A stretch of DNA of 64,000 nucleotides. It comes from an uncultured Nitrososphaerota archaeon (GTDB lineage: Archaea; Thermoproteota; Nitrososphaeria; Nitrososphaerales; Nitrosopumilaceae). The stretch is from NCBI GenBank assembly GCA_963824385.1, contig CAWGPD010000004.1, positions 32,001-96,000 of the forward strand. Direction: 5' to 3'. A program made the translations under genes and the position numbers. Under the pieces are notes generated by a model, which saw only the letters and a program-made list of their open reading frames with translations, had not been told where the DNA came from and made no database searches. This document shows, piece by piece, positions 41,673-52,163 of this stretch; position 1 is the stretch's first letter; the number at the start of each line of letters is the position of its first letter.

Positions 41673-42542
41673 TTATAAATTAATTTTTTGAAATATTTTT
41701 TCTTTTGGCATTACAGGATAGAAGATATTTTCAGCTTTTCGGCCTAATAAAAGTTCATCAGAGCCAAGTAGCAAGTAACCTCCATGTTTTAAGCAGTTGT
41801 GGAATTTTTTAAGTATTATTTCTTGAGCGTCTTTCTCGTAATATATCAACACGTTTCTGCAAAATATCACATCATATACATTTTCAGGACTTGATAGAAT
41901 ATCCATTGTTTCAAAACTTACCAAATCTTTGATTTCAGATATTATTTCATATTTTGAGTCTTCGTGATTCCCAATCTTTGTAAAATATTTCTTTTTCAAA
42001 TCCAATGACAAATGTTCAAGGAATTTACTTTGGTATTGCCCATTTTGAGCAAAATCAATTGCTTTGTTATTTATATCGGTCGCCTTAATCCGTATCTCAA
42101 TATTTTTAGAAATCCCAATTTTTTTATAAATTCCACATATGTCATTTAGAAGAATTGCAATAGAATACGGTTCTTCCCCAGATGCACACCCCGCACTCCA
42201 CACGTTAATTATCCCATCAGTTTCAACATTAGACAAGATCTTAGGTACAATTATGGCTCTAAGTGCGTTGAAAACTGCAGTATCTCGAAAAAGACTTGTT
42301 ACATTTATGGATAAAGATTCAAACAAATATGTTAATTCAATTGAATCATTATCCAGAAGATAGAGATACTCGTTAAAATCAGATATTTCTTTAATTTGCA
42401 TTCTTCGTTCTATTCGTCTTTTCAAGAATTGCATTTTGAATCTGCCAATATCTAATTTGTTATTTTCAAAGATACGTTTCATTAAGAGTAGAGAATCCTG
42501 AGTATCAGCAATTGTGTTCTTCACTAAATTTTCTCTATTCAT
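41673..42542 (-). CDS. cheR: Chemotaxis methyltransferase CheR
   Basis: INVTSLFRD, WSAGCASGEEPYSIA, ATDI, FCRNVLIY. Confidence 0.95.
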   Translation of the reverse strand: MNRENLVKNTIADTQDSLLLMKRIFENNKLDIGRFKMQFLKRRIERRMQIKEISDFNEYLYLLDNDSIELTYLFESLSINVTSLFRDTAVFNALRAIIVPKILSNVETDGIINVWSAGCASGEEPYSIAILLNDICGIYKKIGISKNIEIRIKATDINNKAIDFAQNGQYQSKFLEHLSLDLKKKYFTKIGNHEDSKYEIISEIKDLVSFETMDILSSPENVYDVIFCRNVLIYYEKDAQEIILKKFHNCLKHGGYLLLGSDELLLGRKAENIFYPVMPKEKIFQKINL

Positions 42543-42624
42543 AAAATCACCACGTCACAATACTGAATAACATAAAACACTTTTTCCAGATTCGTAGTAT
42601 CTGAGAAAATTTCTTTGATAATCA

Positions 42625-43242
42625 TCATCGACTAATTCCCTTTTTATTCAATAATTTTCGAGCATTATCATGATCTTGAATAATTAACATATGAACAACA
42701 ATTCCACTTTCTTTACCTTCAAGTTCAACCTGTGTTATCATATCATTTGGAGCATTCAGAAATTCTGCAGCATGAGGTTCAAGAATTGATCTGCTTGATG
42801 TAATTGCAAAGTCTGGAGTTGAGAGTTCAACCTTAAGACCAGTATGATCAGATAACGCATTAAAGAATGAACCAGACATGATGTTTCCAACCTCGGAGAG
42901 TGCGGATTTTCCTAGTTCGTCTAATGAGTCGATTTTATCTACACATAATAATTTTGCAGTTATTCTTCTGGCATCTAGATCCTGGATAGAATATAAAATT
43001 CCAATACGAATATCACCCTGGCCTCTTAGAAACACTGAGCATAAGATGAGATCATTTGATAATTTTTTTATTACATCTATTTCAGAAATTTCCTCATGAA
43101 TAGATTTTATTTCATGTTTGAATTGCTCATCCAGTAATGACGATAGGGAAAATCTCGCTCTATCAACTATATTTGCATTCAATACATAGTGAAGAGAGTC
43201 CAATTCATATTGATTTAGTATTTTAGAACTCATTTTACTCAT
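42625..43242 (-). CDS. cheC: CheY-P phosphatase CheC
   Basis: SALSEVGNIMSGSF.NAL...LSTP; che operon position. Confidence 0.85.
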   Translation of the reverse strand: MSKMSSKILNQYELDSLHYVLNANIVDRARFSLSSLLDEQFKHEIKSIHEEISEIDVIKKLSNDLILCSVFLRGQGDIRIGILYSIQDLDARRITAKLLCVDKIDSLDELGKSALSEVGNIMSGSFFNALSDHTGLKVELSTPDFAITSSRSILEPHAAEFLNAPNDMITQVELEGKESGIVVHMLIIQDHDNARKLLNKKGISR

Positions 43243-43245
43243 CGC

Positions 43246-44805
43246 CTAAATCAACATAGAAGGTTCAAGAATCAGTGCCACTCTACCATCTGATAGGATT
43301 GATGCATCAGTAAATGCATCAGAGCCACCAAATGAATTATCTATTTTTTTAACAACAATTTCTTGTTCTTTTTCAAGCGAGTCAACAATCAAACCATAGT
43401 ATTTTCCATTTTTTTCAACAACTACTATGTGAATCTGATCATTTTCAGACATTTCAGGTACAGGAATTATACCAAGAATTGCAGAGGTTCTCAAAATAGG
43501 GATTATTTGCTCTCCTAGTTTGGCCATTTCTTTACCATGCGCGTTTAATATTTCGTGTCTATCAATTGTTAGAGTAGTGAAAATACTTGAAAGTGGCAAA
43601 ATGAATTTTTGATCTCCTATGTTTGCTACCAGGCCACCAATGATTGCCAGACTCAGAGGCATTGTAAGAATTATTGTAGTTCCCAATCCTTTTTCTGTCA
43701 AAATCTTCACTCGTCCTCCAAAATTTTTTACCTGCGTCATAACTACATCCATTCCAACTCCTCTTCCAGAAATTTCAGTCACTTCTTTTGCTGTTGAAAG
43801 TCCAGGAGTACCTATCAGACATATTACTTGTTCATCACTCATTTTTTCTACCTGTTCTTGTGTTACAATATTTTTCTCAACAGCTTTTATTTTTATAGAT
43901 TCGATATCCATTCCGCGTCCATCATCAGTTACTTGGATTTCTACATTGTTTGCCTTGCGAATGGCCCAAAGTCTGATTATGCCTACCGCTGGCTTTCCTA
44001 CTGCTTTTCTGATTTCAGGTGTCTCAATACCATGATCTACAGAGTTTCGTAACATGTGAAGAAGTGGGTCTGCAATGGCATCCAAGACACTCCTGTCAAG
44101 TTCTATGCCTGAGCCATTCATCTCAAGTTTAATTTCTTTTCCAAGTGAAGAAGAAATATCTCTAAGCATTCTGGAAAATCTATTGAACATATCATCGATG
44201 GGGACTAGCCTGATTTGCATCATCTTATGTTGAAGTTCGGTTATCAGACCTCCCAAATTTGTCACAATTTCACGCGTTTCATCGCTCATGTTAGAATATG
44301 GATTTTGTTCAAGACGTATTTTTGATATCATCATTTCTCCTACCAAGTTCATCATGTCATCAAGATTATCCATTCGAACTCTAACTATTGGAAAATTTGT
44401 TTTTTGTGTCACGCCCCGTGATTCAATATCTACCTGAAAGGAATTAGGGTCCTTAACATAATTAAGAAATTCTTGAAGATCAATTGTTTTCTTTTCATCC
44501 TGTACTAATTGTTTTATTAGATCTATGCCATAAAATAACACATTACCTGTTTCAGGAGTTATTCTTTCCTCATTTTGTCGGAATCTGTCAAAAATTTCTT
44601 CTGTAGACTTACAAATTTCCAGAATCTGTTCATATCCCATTGTTGCTGCCATTCCCTTAAGACTATGTGCAGATCGAAATAGATTGTCTACAAGTTCTTT
44701 GGAGTTTGGCTCTCCCTCATATTTTAAGAGATTTTGACTTAGATTCTCTACGTGTTCTAATGCCTCTTGTACAAACAACTCTCGATATTTACTATTTTCA
44801 GACAC
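43246..44805 (-). CDS. cheA: Chemotaxis histidine kinase CheA
   Basis: FRSAHSLKG (HPt), NLVGE, HMLRNSVDHGIE, DDGRG, SGRGVGMDVV, C-terminal CheW-like domain. Confidence 0.96.
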   Translation of the reverse strand: MSENSKYRELFVQEALEHVENLSQNLLKYEGEPNSKELVDNLFRSAHSLKGMAATMGYEQILEICKSTEEIFDRFRQNEERITPETGNVLFYGIDLIKQLVQDEKKTIDLQEFLNYVKDPNSFQVDIESRGVTQKTNFPIVRVRMDNLDDMMNLVGEMMISKIRLEQNPYSNMSDETREIVTNLGGLITELQHKMMQIRLVPIDDMFNRFSRMLRDISSSLGKEIKLEMNGSGIELDRSVLDAIADPLLHMLRNSVDHGIETPEIRKAVGKPAVGIIRLWAIRKANNVEIQVTDDGRGMDIESIKIKAVEKNIVTQEQVEKMSDEQVICLIGTPGLSTAKEVTEISGRGVGMDVVMTQVKNFGGRVKILTEKGLGTTIILTMPLSLAIIGGLVANIGDQKFILPLSSIFTTLTIDRHEILNAHGKEMAKLGEQIIPILRTSAILGIIPVPEMSENDQIHIVVVEKNGKYYGLIVDSLEKEQEIVVKKIDNSFGGSDAFTDASILSDGRVALILEPSMLI

Positions 44806-45859
44806 GTGTAGTCACCGCCTTTACTATTTCAGATATTAAATTATCAGCATCTACCATTTTATCTACCGCGTTCATTTCTTGGGCTGCCTTTGCCATACCA
44901 AATATTATTGATGAGGATTCATTTTGTGCAAGCGTCGTCCCATGTCTTTTCTTAATCATTCTCATTCCAAAAGCACCATCTTGTCCCATTCCAGATAATA
45001 GAATCCCCACAGTATTTGCTCCAAAAACTTCGGAAGCAGATACCATTGTCACATTGATAGAAGGCCTGGCCCCAAATCTCTTAGGACCCTGATTAAGCTG
45101 TATGTGATTTGGAGATCTTACCATCATGTGAAAATCTCCAGGAGCAATCAATGCTTCGCCTTCTTTAATAGCATCACCATCTAAGGCTTCCTTGACCCTT
45201 ATTGCTGAGACATCATTTAGACGTCGTGTAAAAGGAGATATGAAATCTTTTGACATATGTTGGACTATTAGAAATGAGGCAGGTATATCGGATGGAATAT
45301 CTTTAAGAATATTTGTAATTATTCTGGGTGCACCTGTTGATGCTCCAATTACGACAACTCTAGACTCCAAATTTTTGATTCTGTCAAATTTATCATGATA
45401 AGGTTTCAACTTGGATATAGCTTTTGGAACCAGAACATGTGGATTTGATCTAGAAGCAGCATCTATCTTTGAAACCAAGATATTTCCTAAATTACCTGAA
45501 GATGAAGGATTATTGTGAGATATTGAAACAAAATCAACTGCCCCCAGTTCAAGAGAATCAAGAACAAGTTTAGCTCCTGTCTGACTATAACTACTTACAA
45601 CAATAATTGGAATACTTTTTTCTTTCATAGATTTTTCAATGAAAGTTAATCCGTCCATATTTGGCATTTCCAAATCTAAAAGCACAACATCTGTTGGCAT
45701 GTATTTTATTTTTTGCAACGCTTCAAGACCATCACGCGCAGTAGATGAAACTTTTATTCTGCTATCGCGTGTAACGAGTTCTTTTAACATCTCGATCATA
45801 AAAGGAGAATCATTTACAATCATCACATTGATTTGATGCTCTTCGGATGTCAGCATCAT
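44798..45859 (-). CDS. cheB: Chemotaxis methylesterase CheB
   Basis: Receiver domain plus IGASTG, VQHM, LSGMGQDGA. Confidence 0.95.
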   Translation of the reverse strand: MMLTSEEHQINVMIVNDSPFMIEMLKELVTRDSRIKVSSTARDGLEALQKIKYMPTDVVLLDLEMPNMDGLTFIEKSMKEKSIPIIVVSSYSQTGAKLVLDSLELGAVDFVSISHNNPSSSGNLGNILVSKIDAASRSNPHVLVPKAISKLKPYHDKFDRIKNLESRVVVIGASTGAPRIITNILKDIPSDIPASFLIVQHMSKDFISPFTRRLNDVSAIRVKEALDGDAIKEGEALIAPGDFHMMVRSPNHIQLNQGPKRFGARPSINVTMVSASEVFGANTVGILLSGMGQDGAFGMRMIKKRHGTTLAQNESSSIIFGMAKAAQEMNAVDKMVDADNLISEIVKAVTTRV

Positions 45860-45860
45860 T

Positions 45861-46244
45861 TTATCTCGACCTAATTACCTTGTTTATAATCAGTGCAACA
45901 TTTGGTCTATCAAATGGTTTTATGATATAGTCTCTCGCACCAGCCTTCATTGCATCTTGTATAACGTGTTTTTGCTCTACTGCTGTAACCATTACAACTT
46001 TGGCTCTGGGATTAATCCGCAAAATAGACTGGAGTGCATGAATGCCATCTGCTTTTGGCATGTTTACATCCATTGTAACCACATCTGGCTTGAATTGCTT
46101 GTAGGCCTCAACTGCAGCCAATCCATCTCCTGCCTCATAGATTTGAGACGCAAGACCATGTGAGATGAGAATGTCCTTTAATACAATGCGCATAAAGGAT
46201 GCATCATCAACTATCAGGAATTTTACATTATTTACAACAGACAT
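45861..46244 (-). CDS. cheY: Chemotaxis response regulator CheY
   Basis: Receiver motifs; lies between cheW and cheB. Confidence 0.93.
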   Translation of the reverse strand: MSVVNNVKFLIVDDASFMRIVLKDILISHGLASQIYEAGDGLAAVEAYKQFKPDVVTMDVNMPKADGIHALQSILRINPRAKVVMVTAVEQKHVIQDAMKAGARDYIIKPFDRPNVALIINKVIRSR

Positions 46245-46245
46245 T

Positions 46246-46728
46246 TTACATTCCCATTCCTAAAGTTGGCGAGTTTTTTAGTAAGATGCCAACATCAAGT
46301 AAAACAACCAGTTTTTGTCCAGTTTTTGCAATACCTATAACATATGAAATAGACTCAAAACCGCCAGAAACATTACAGTCTACATCTGTAGATGGGATTT
46401 TAATGACTTGATCTACGCCATCGGTCAATAGTCCTACAAGTTTAGAATCTATTTCAACTACAAGAATCATCATCTTGGAATTAATGATATTAGTTTTTGA
46501 AAAACCTAGTTTTTCCTTTAAATCTATAATCGGCATTATGGTACCTCTAAGATTCATCACCCCTTTTACGTAGCCTGGGCTATTTGGAATAACAGTGATA
46601 GATTCCAATGGTCGTATTTCTCTTACTTGATCAATTAGAATGCCATAATTTTCTTGTTTGTTTTTTTCCTCATCATGCAATCTAAATATAATTATTTGAA
46701 AATCTGATACGATAACTTCGCTTGTCAT
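46246..46728 (-). CDS. cheW: Coupling protein CheW
   Basis: [33 protein letters not shown]. Confidence 0.94.
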   Translation of the reverse strand: MTSEVIVSDFQIIIFRLHDEEKNKQENYGILIDQVREIRPLESITVIPNSPGYVKGVMNLRGTIMPIIDLKEKLGFSKTNIINSKMMILVVEIDSKLVGLLTDGVDQVIKIPSTDVDCNVSGGFESISYVIGIAKTGQKLVVLLDVGILLKNSPTLGMGM

Positions 46729-48086
46729 TGTATTAACACCTCTTTTTTCACATGTATTGGTTTTTTATTTCCTGATTCATTTTTGTAATTTTCTGGCAAT
46801 TTAAAAGCAGATACAGTTTTAGATAGATCCTCTGCCATAATAGTCATATTTTGTATCGAAGAAATAATTTCTTGAGTACCCGAAATTTGTTGTTCCGTTG
46901 CAGCAGAAGCTTGCTCTGTTGCAGAGGCATTTTGTTCAGAGACGGCTGCAATTTCAGAAGCTGCTTTTGATAATTTTTCTATTTCAGATACTTGTGTTTT
47001 AGTAGTATTTGCTACATCTAAAACATTAATTGATACATCTTTTACTTTGGATGCAATCTCGTTTAGAGATCTTAGTGCCTTGTCAATTACAATTCTACCC
47101 TCAGCAACTTCTTTAGTACTGCCTTCGATACTTTCAACTGTAGATTGTGCATCTTCCTGAATCTTTGCTATCAACTCGGCAATTTCTTCAGATGATCTTG
47201 CAGAACCTTCGGCTAATCTTTTGACTTCGTCAGCTACTACTGCAAATCCTTGTCCTGCCTCTCCAGCACGGGCAGCCTCAATAGTAGCATTAAGTGCCAA
47301 CAAATTAGTTTGGTCCGCAATTTTTCTTATAACTTCTAAAACAGTTGTGATTTCCCTGCTTCTATCTGCCAACTCTCTGATTTTTTTTGAGGAATCATTA
47401 GTTACACTGATTATCTTAGACATTCTAAAATCAGCTTCAGAAGCAGATTTTGACCCAGTCTCAGATATCAAACCGACTTCTCTCACTAAAGTGGCAGCCA
47501 TTCCAGATTTTGCTTCCAGTTTTTTCATATCAGCAGTAAGTTTTTCTACAACTCTGCTTGTTTCTTCAAGTTCTTTAGCTTGTAACTGAGAACCTTTTGA
47601 TATTTGTGAAATCGTAGATGAGATTTGCTGTACAGACGAATTCATTTGTTCTGTAGAAGATTGGACTTGTTCAGAATTAAAGGTCACAAGTGTGGAACCG
47701 TCGCGTACTTGATAGACCAATAAACGTAATCCTTTCAACATCTCTTTGAAAGAATTTTTTAATTTACCAAGTTCATCGTTTGAATTAGAATCACTAATTT
47801 CTAGTGTCAAGTCACCTTCACTTATTTTTCTAGCAATTGCCTCCATCTCAAGTATTGGCCCAGATATTGATTTGGCCAAAAAATATGCAAAAGTACCGAC
47901 TATGCACTGCATTACAATTCCAGTTACGACATAATGTAAGATAGTACTCAGAGTTTGCAAGTCGGATTGTTGTAATGAAAAATAACTTATCAAAGAAATA
48001 GATGCAATTGACAAGGCAGAAACTACATTTACCATCACAATTATTTTTAGATTAAGACTTTTAGTTAGAGGGTTAGTTATTGCCAA
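46725..48086 (-). CDS. Methyl-accepting chemotaxis protein (2 TM, HAMP, MA; almost no extracellular domain)
   Basis: [41 protein letters not shown]. Confidence 0.95.
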   Translation of the reverse strand: MAITNPLTKSLNLKIIVMVNVVSALSIASISLISYFSLQQSDLQTLSTILHYVVTGIVMQCIVGTFAYFLAKSISGPILEMEAIARKISEGDLTLEISDSNSNDELGKLKNSFKEMLKGLRLLVYQVRDGSTLVTFNSEQVQSSTEQMNSSVQQISSTISQISKGSQLQAKELEETSRVVEKLTADMKKLEAKSGMAATLVREVGLISETGSKSASEADFRMSKIISVTNDSSKKIRELADRSREITTVLEVIRKIADQTNLLALNATIEAARAGEAGQGFAVVADEVKRLAEGSARSSEEIAELIAKIQEDAQSTVESIEGSTKEVAEGRIVIDKALRSLNEIASKVKDVSINVLDVANTTKTQVSEIEKLSKAASEIAAVSEQNASATEQASAATEQQISGTQEIISSIQNMTIMAEDLSKTVSAFKLPENYKNESGNKKPIHVKKEVLIQ

Positions 48087-48130
48087 AGATGAGTCAATGT
48101 ATGAAGCTTAAATAATGATAATATGTTCAC

Positions 48131-48151
48131 GTATGTTTGAATCGATCATAC
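48131..48151. promoter_or_regulatory. Island motif upstream of mcp-che operon
   Basis: GTATGTTT-GAATC-GATCATAC, 48 nt from TTG 48086. Confidence 0.65.
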
Positions 48152-48234
48152 AATTTCGCAAAAATATGATGCCCGTATAAGAAGATCAAAGTCAATTTTT
48201 CAAATAAAACCCAGTCTATCCAATATTGTATTTA

Positions 48235-49359
48235 TCAGTTAATTTTCTGTATGATTACGGAATGCAATCCAGAAGCATATGATTCATAACCTGGAGAATA
48301 GGCATGAGCAATACAGCATTTATCTCCACGATAATCTGTAATCATGAAATCTTTCTTTTTTTCAAAAAGCATATTTCTTCCAAGAAACTCAATTCTATCA
48401 TCAAGTATGAGGTCTTGAGAGTCTGCAAAAATAAGACCGTCATCATCAACAATGCATATTCTAGTAGTGTGTTTTTCTGCATCAATAAGATGAGATTGCT
48501 TTACAATTTTTTGTGCCATGTCTTCCCATCTAAAAAATGCACCCAGCACACCTATGATTTTACCATGTTGATATCCTCCCTCACGAACAGCGCATGAAAA
48601 AACAAGACTTACTTCATTATGCACCAAAGTATTTCGGGTAACTTTTTGAAAACCGAATTCTTTTCCATTGCTAGTTTTCAGTGCAGTCTCAAACCATTCT
48701 GAGCCTTTTACGTTTGCACCTACTATGTTAATATTTTCTGGTCGTCCATTTGCTACAATGTTTCCATCCAAATCACATAACATTAGATCAAAATATACAG
48801 TATATGAATTCAAGATGATGCTAAAACGCTTTTCGGCTAGATCATAACCACCTCTTGTCTTTCTTGTTAATGCGTTAACTAAACTATCATCTGTAGCCCA
48901 CCAAATGACATTAATGGATCTTTCAAAGAGATTTCTGTCAACAATATCTATATTTGTAAGCGCAAGATCAGATAAGCGAGTTCCCCTAACATTAGTAGCT
49001 TGTATTCTTATCAAATTTTCTAATTCGTTTAAGGCATCATGACTTTCAATACGCATTTTTTTATTGACCACCCCTATTTTATTAGAAAGTTCATTCATTT
49101 GCGCTGCAACTACTGAGAATGTCTTTCCAGCTAAACCTGCCCTGCTTGCTTCAATTCTAGCATTTATTGCAATCATCTGTGTTTGTCCATTTAGTTTTCC
49201 AATTTCATGAATTGCTGAATCTACTTTATTTTTCAACATTTGTGACAATTCTGCTACACGTTCAAGTGTAAAGTTATTTTCATCCATTTGCGACGTTAGT
49301 TCTGGGGCAATCCCACTTTTTTGATTTTCAGATTCACTCAATAGCATATCAGAATTCAT
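48235..49359 (-). CDS. Soluble protein: short MCP signalling tip followed by Cache-like sensor domain
   Basis: QMIAINARIEASRAG..G..FSVVA; D.DGNIVA, WF, FSCAVR, IIGVLG, VDDDG; no TM. Confidence 0.75.
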   Translation of the reverse strand: MNSDMLLSESENQKSGIAPELTSQMDENNFTLERVAELSQMLKNKVDSAIHEIGKLNGQTQMIAINARIEASRAGLAGKTFSVVAAQMNELSNKIGVVNKKMRIESHDALNELENLIRIQATNVRGTRLSDLALTNIDIVDRNLFERSINVIWWATDDSLVNALTRKTRGGYDLAEKRFSIILNSYTVYFDLMLCDLDGNIVANGRPENINIVGANVKGSEWFETALKTSNGKEFGFQKVTRNTLVHNEVSLVFSCAVREGGYQHGKIIGVLGAFFRWEDMAQKIVKQSHLIDAEKHTTRICIVDDDGLIFADSQDLILDDRIEFLGRNMLFEKKKDFMITDYRGDKCCIAHAYSPGYESYASGLHSVIIQKIN

Positions 49360-49446
49360 CTAAATCGCCATGTTTTACAAACAATTGGAATTGACAAGAG
49401 ATATTTTGCATAAGAAATTCATCGTATCATATTCTTATAGGATATA

Positions 49447-49467
49447 GTCTGTTTAGCACAAACATAC
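49447..49467. promoter_or_regulatory. Island motif upstream of soluble chemoreceptor
   Basis: GTCTGTTT-AGCAC-AAACATAC. Confidence 0.65.
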
Positions 49468-49642
49468 AGAAAAAGAATCCATAGTTTGCATGGCATAAAT
49501 GAATGAAAAATTAGCCAATCAACTACACCCTAGTCTGCGTAAAGAGGAATCGGACATGACATTTATGCCCAAATCGACATATCGGGAACAATCCAGATAT
49601 TTGCATATAAACAACAAAGCGTGAAATGCCTACTGGAACCTA

Positions 49643-49663
49643 GTTCGATCAAGATGCACAGAC
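49643..49663. promoter_or_regulatory. Island motif upstream of archaellin 1
   Basis: GTTCGATC-AAGAT-GCACAGAC, core ends 39 nt before ATG 49699. Confidence 0.55.
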
Positions 49664-49698
49664 GGATGGATAATACGAACTAGTCAGATTCCAGATCA

Positions 49699-50400
49699 AT
49701 GACAACTTCCGTAAGAAGTAGAAAGACACGTCGTGGAGTCATCGGCATCGAGTCCGCAATAGTTATGATAGCATTCGTAATCGTTGCTGCAGCTTTAGCC
49801 TTTGTCGTCCTCAACATGGGTTTTTCAACAACACAAAAGGCAAAGACAGCAATTTCATCCTCTGTCACAGAATCCAGCAGTGCACTTGAGATCGCAGGCA
49901 AAGTAACAGGCTTTGGCTATATCTCACAAGGTGTACTCAACGCCACAGTTATCCCTCTAAAGGTAGCAGGTGGTGGAGATGCAGTAAGTCTGGATCCTGC
50001 TCTGACAGATGTCAAGTATTACAGCAACACCGTAAGATATGACAACATCTTTGGTGCAGGTTGCGCGTTAGGAAATCAAACAACTCCTGTACTTAATGCA
50101 ACACATGCAGCAAATCTTGCAATAACAAGCGGCTGTATTACCGGTAGTACCCTTCCAAGTGAAGGAAACGGCCAGGTACCCCACATGACAAAAGGAATCA
50201 TTTACTGGGATGTGAACATAAACAACAACAACATACTTGACGTAGGTGAACATGCAAACTTGTTAATCATGTACGCCAGTAGTGATAGACCAGCACAGCT
50301 AGATAATATCAAGGCTGAGATCATCGTACCAACTGGTTCTGCATTGACTGTAGAAAGACAAGTGCCAGCAATTACCACACAAAATGTGGATTTAGGCTAA
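49699..50400 (+). CDS. flaB: Archaellin type A, copy 1
   Basis: Class III signal RRG/VIGIESAIVMIAFVIVAA; EIIVPTGSALTVER. Confidence 0.95.
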   Translation: MTTSVRSRKTRRGVIGIESAIVMIAFVIVAAALAFVVLNMGFSTTQKAKTAISSSVTESSSALEIAGKVTGFGYISQGVLNATVIPLKVAGGGDAVSLDPALTDVKYYSNTVRYDNIFGAGCALGNQTTPVLNATHAANLAITSGCITGSTLPSEGNGQVPHMTKGIIYWDVNINNNNILDVGEHANLLIMYASSDRPAQLDNIKAEIIVPTGSALTVERQVPAITTQNVDLG

Positions 50401-50422
50401 GCAGAAAACTTATTCTAACAAC

Positions 50423-50440
50423 CTTTCTTTTTTTATTTTT
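50423..50440 (+). terminator. Oligo-T archaeal terminator-like tract after archaellin (also ~51304-51321 and ~52185-52202)
   Basis: ctttctttttttattttt ~22 nt after each stop. Confidence 0.6.
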
Positions 50441-50542
50441 AATTAAATCAATTATAAATTATCTTGCATAATAATTTCTTTTTGAAATTATATTTTTTAA
50501 TTTATTACTATACGATAATCCACAGTCATGACATAGAATGTT

Positions 50543-50563
50543 GTTTGATCAATAAACACACAC
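50543..50563. promoter_or_regulatory. Island motif upstream of archaellin 2 (copy at 51424-51444 for archaellin 3)
   Basis: GTTTGATC-AATAA-ACACACAC, core ends 39 nt before ATG 50599. Confidence 0.55.
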
Positions 50564-50598
50564 TGTCGGATAATACCATACCGTGGATATCACTAGTA

Positions 50599-51282
50599 AT
50601 GAAATCTACAACAAGAAGTAGAAAGACTCGTCGTGGAGTCATCGGTATAGAGTCTGCAATAGTTATGATAGCATTCGTAATCGTTGCTGCAGCTTTAGCC
50701 TTTGTCGTCCTCAACATGGGTTTTTCAACAACACAAAAGGCAAAGACAGCAATTTCATCCTCTGTCTCAGAATCCAGCAGTGCACTTGAGATCGCAGGCA
50801 AAGTAACAGGCTTTGGTGATGTCTCAGCAGGTTCACTCAACGCCACAGTAGTACCAATCAAGGTAGCAGGTGGTGGAGATTCAGTAAGCTTGGATCCTAC
50901 TCTGACAGACATCAAGTATTACAGCAACACCGTAAGATATGACAACATCTATGGTGTGAATTGTGTATTAGGCTCAGCCACATACAACAATGCATCAGCA
51001 GCAATTGATGCCGCAGTTCTTGCAGGCTGTACTAACGCCAATTCATTAACTGGCGGAGCACCACATTCTACCCAGGCAATTATTTACTGGGATGTGAACA
51101 TAAACAACAACAGCATACTTGATCAAGGTGAACATGCAAACATGGTCATTCAATATGATAGTGCAGACAAACCAAAACAGCTAGATGACATCAAGGCTGA
51201 AATCATCGTACCAACTGGTTCTGCATTGACTGTAGAAAGACAAGTGCCAGCAATTACCACAAACATAGTTGACCTAGGATAA
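50599..51282 (+). CDS. flaB: Archaellin type B, copy 1
   Basis: MKSTTRSRKTRRG/VIGIESAIV; start set at ATG 50599. Confidence 0.95.
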   Translation: MKSTTRSRKTRRGVIGIESAIVMIAFVIVAAALAFVVLNMGFSTTQKAKTAISSSVSESSSALEIAGKVTGFGDVSAGSLNATVVPIKVAGGGDSVSLDPTLTDIKYYSNTVRYDNIYGVNCVLGSATYNNASAAIDAAVLAGCTNANSLTGGAPHSTQAIIYWDVNINNNSILDQGEHANMVIQYDSADKPKQLDDIKAEIIVPTGSALTVERQVPAITTNIVDLG

Positions 51283-51479
51283 GCAAAAACTTATTCTAAC
51301 AACCTTTCTTTTTTTATTTTTAATTAAATCAATTATAAATTATCTTGCATAATAATTTCTTTTTGAAATTATATTTTTTAATTTATTACTATACGATAAT
51401 CCACAGTCATGACATAGAATGTTGTTTGATCAATAAACACACACTGTCGGATAATACCATACCGTGGATATCACTAGTA

Positions 51480-52163
51480 ATGAAATCTACAACAAGAAGT
51501 AGAAAGACTCGTCGTGGAGTCATCGGTATAGAGTCTGCAATAGTTATGATAGCATTCGTAATCGTTGCTGCAGCTTTAGCCTTTGTCGTCCTCAACATGG
51601 GTTTTTCAACAACACAAAAGGCAAAGACAGCAATTTCATCCTCTGTCTCAGAATCCAGCAGTGCACTTGAGATCGCAGGCAAAGTAACAGGCTTTGGTGA
51701 TGTCTCAGCAGGTTCACTCAACGCCACAGTAGTACCAATCAAGGTAGCAGGTGGTGGAGATTCAGTAAGCTTGGATCCTACTCTGACAGACATCAAGTAT
51801 TACAGCAACACCGTAAGATATGACAACATCTATGGTGTGAATTGTGTATTAGGCTCAGCCACATACAACAATGCATCAGCAGCAATTGATGCCGCAGTTC
51901 TTGCAGGCTGTACTAACGCCAATTCATTAACTGGCGGAGCACCACATTCTACCCAGGCAATTATTTACTGGGATGTGAACATAAACAACAACAGCATACT
52001 TGATCAAGGTGAACATGCAAACATGGTCATTCAATATGATAGTGCAGACAAACCAAAACAGCTAGATGACATCAAGGCTGAAATCATCGTACCAACTGGT
52101 TCTGCATTGACTGTAGAAAGACAAGTGCCAGCAATTACCACAAACATAGTTGACCTAGGATAA
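51480..52163 (+). CDS. flaB: Archaellin type B, copy 2 (identical)
   Basis: Identical translation to 50599-51282. Confidence 0.93.
   Translation: MKSTTRSRKTRRGVIGIESAIVMIAFVIVAAALAFVVLNMGFSTTQKAKTAISSSVSESSSALEIAGKVTGFGDVSAGSLNATVVPIKVAGGGDSVSLDPTLTDIKYYSNTVRYDNIYGVNCVLGSATYNNASAAIDAAVLAGCTNANSLTGGAPHSTQAIIYWDVNINNNSILDQGEHANMVIQYDSADKPKQLDDIKAEIIVPTGSALTVERQVPAITTNIVDLG

Noticed and set aside
50464..50598. 45-aa N-terminal extension of archaellin B (also 51345 and 53355)
   Set aside because: Reads through promoter DNA; class III signal peptides are short and begin at ATG 50599, 51480 and 53391.
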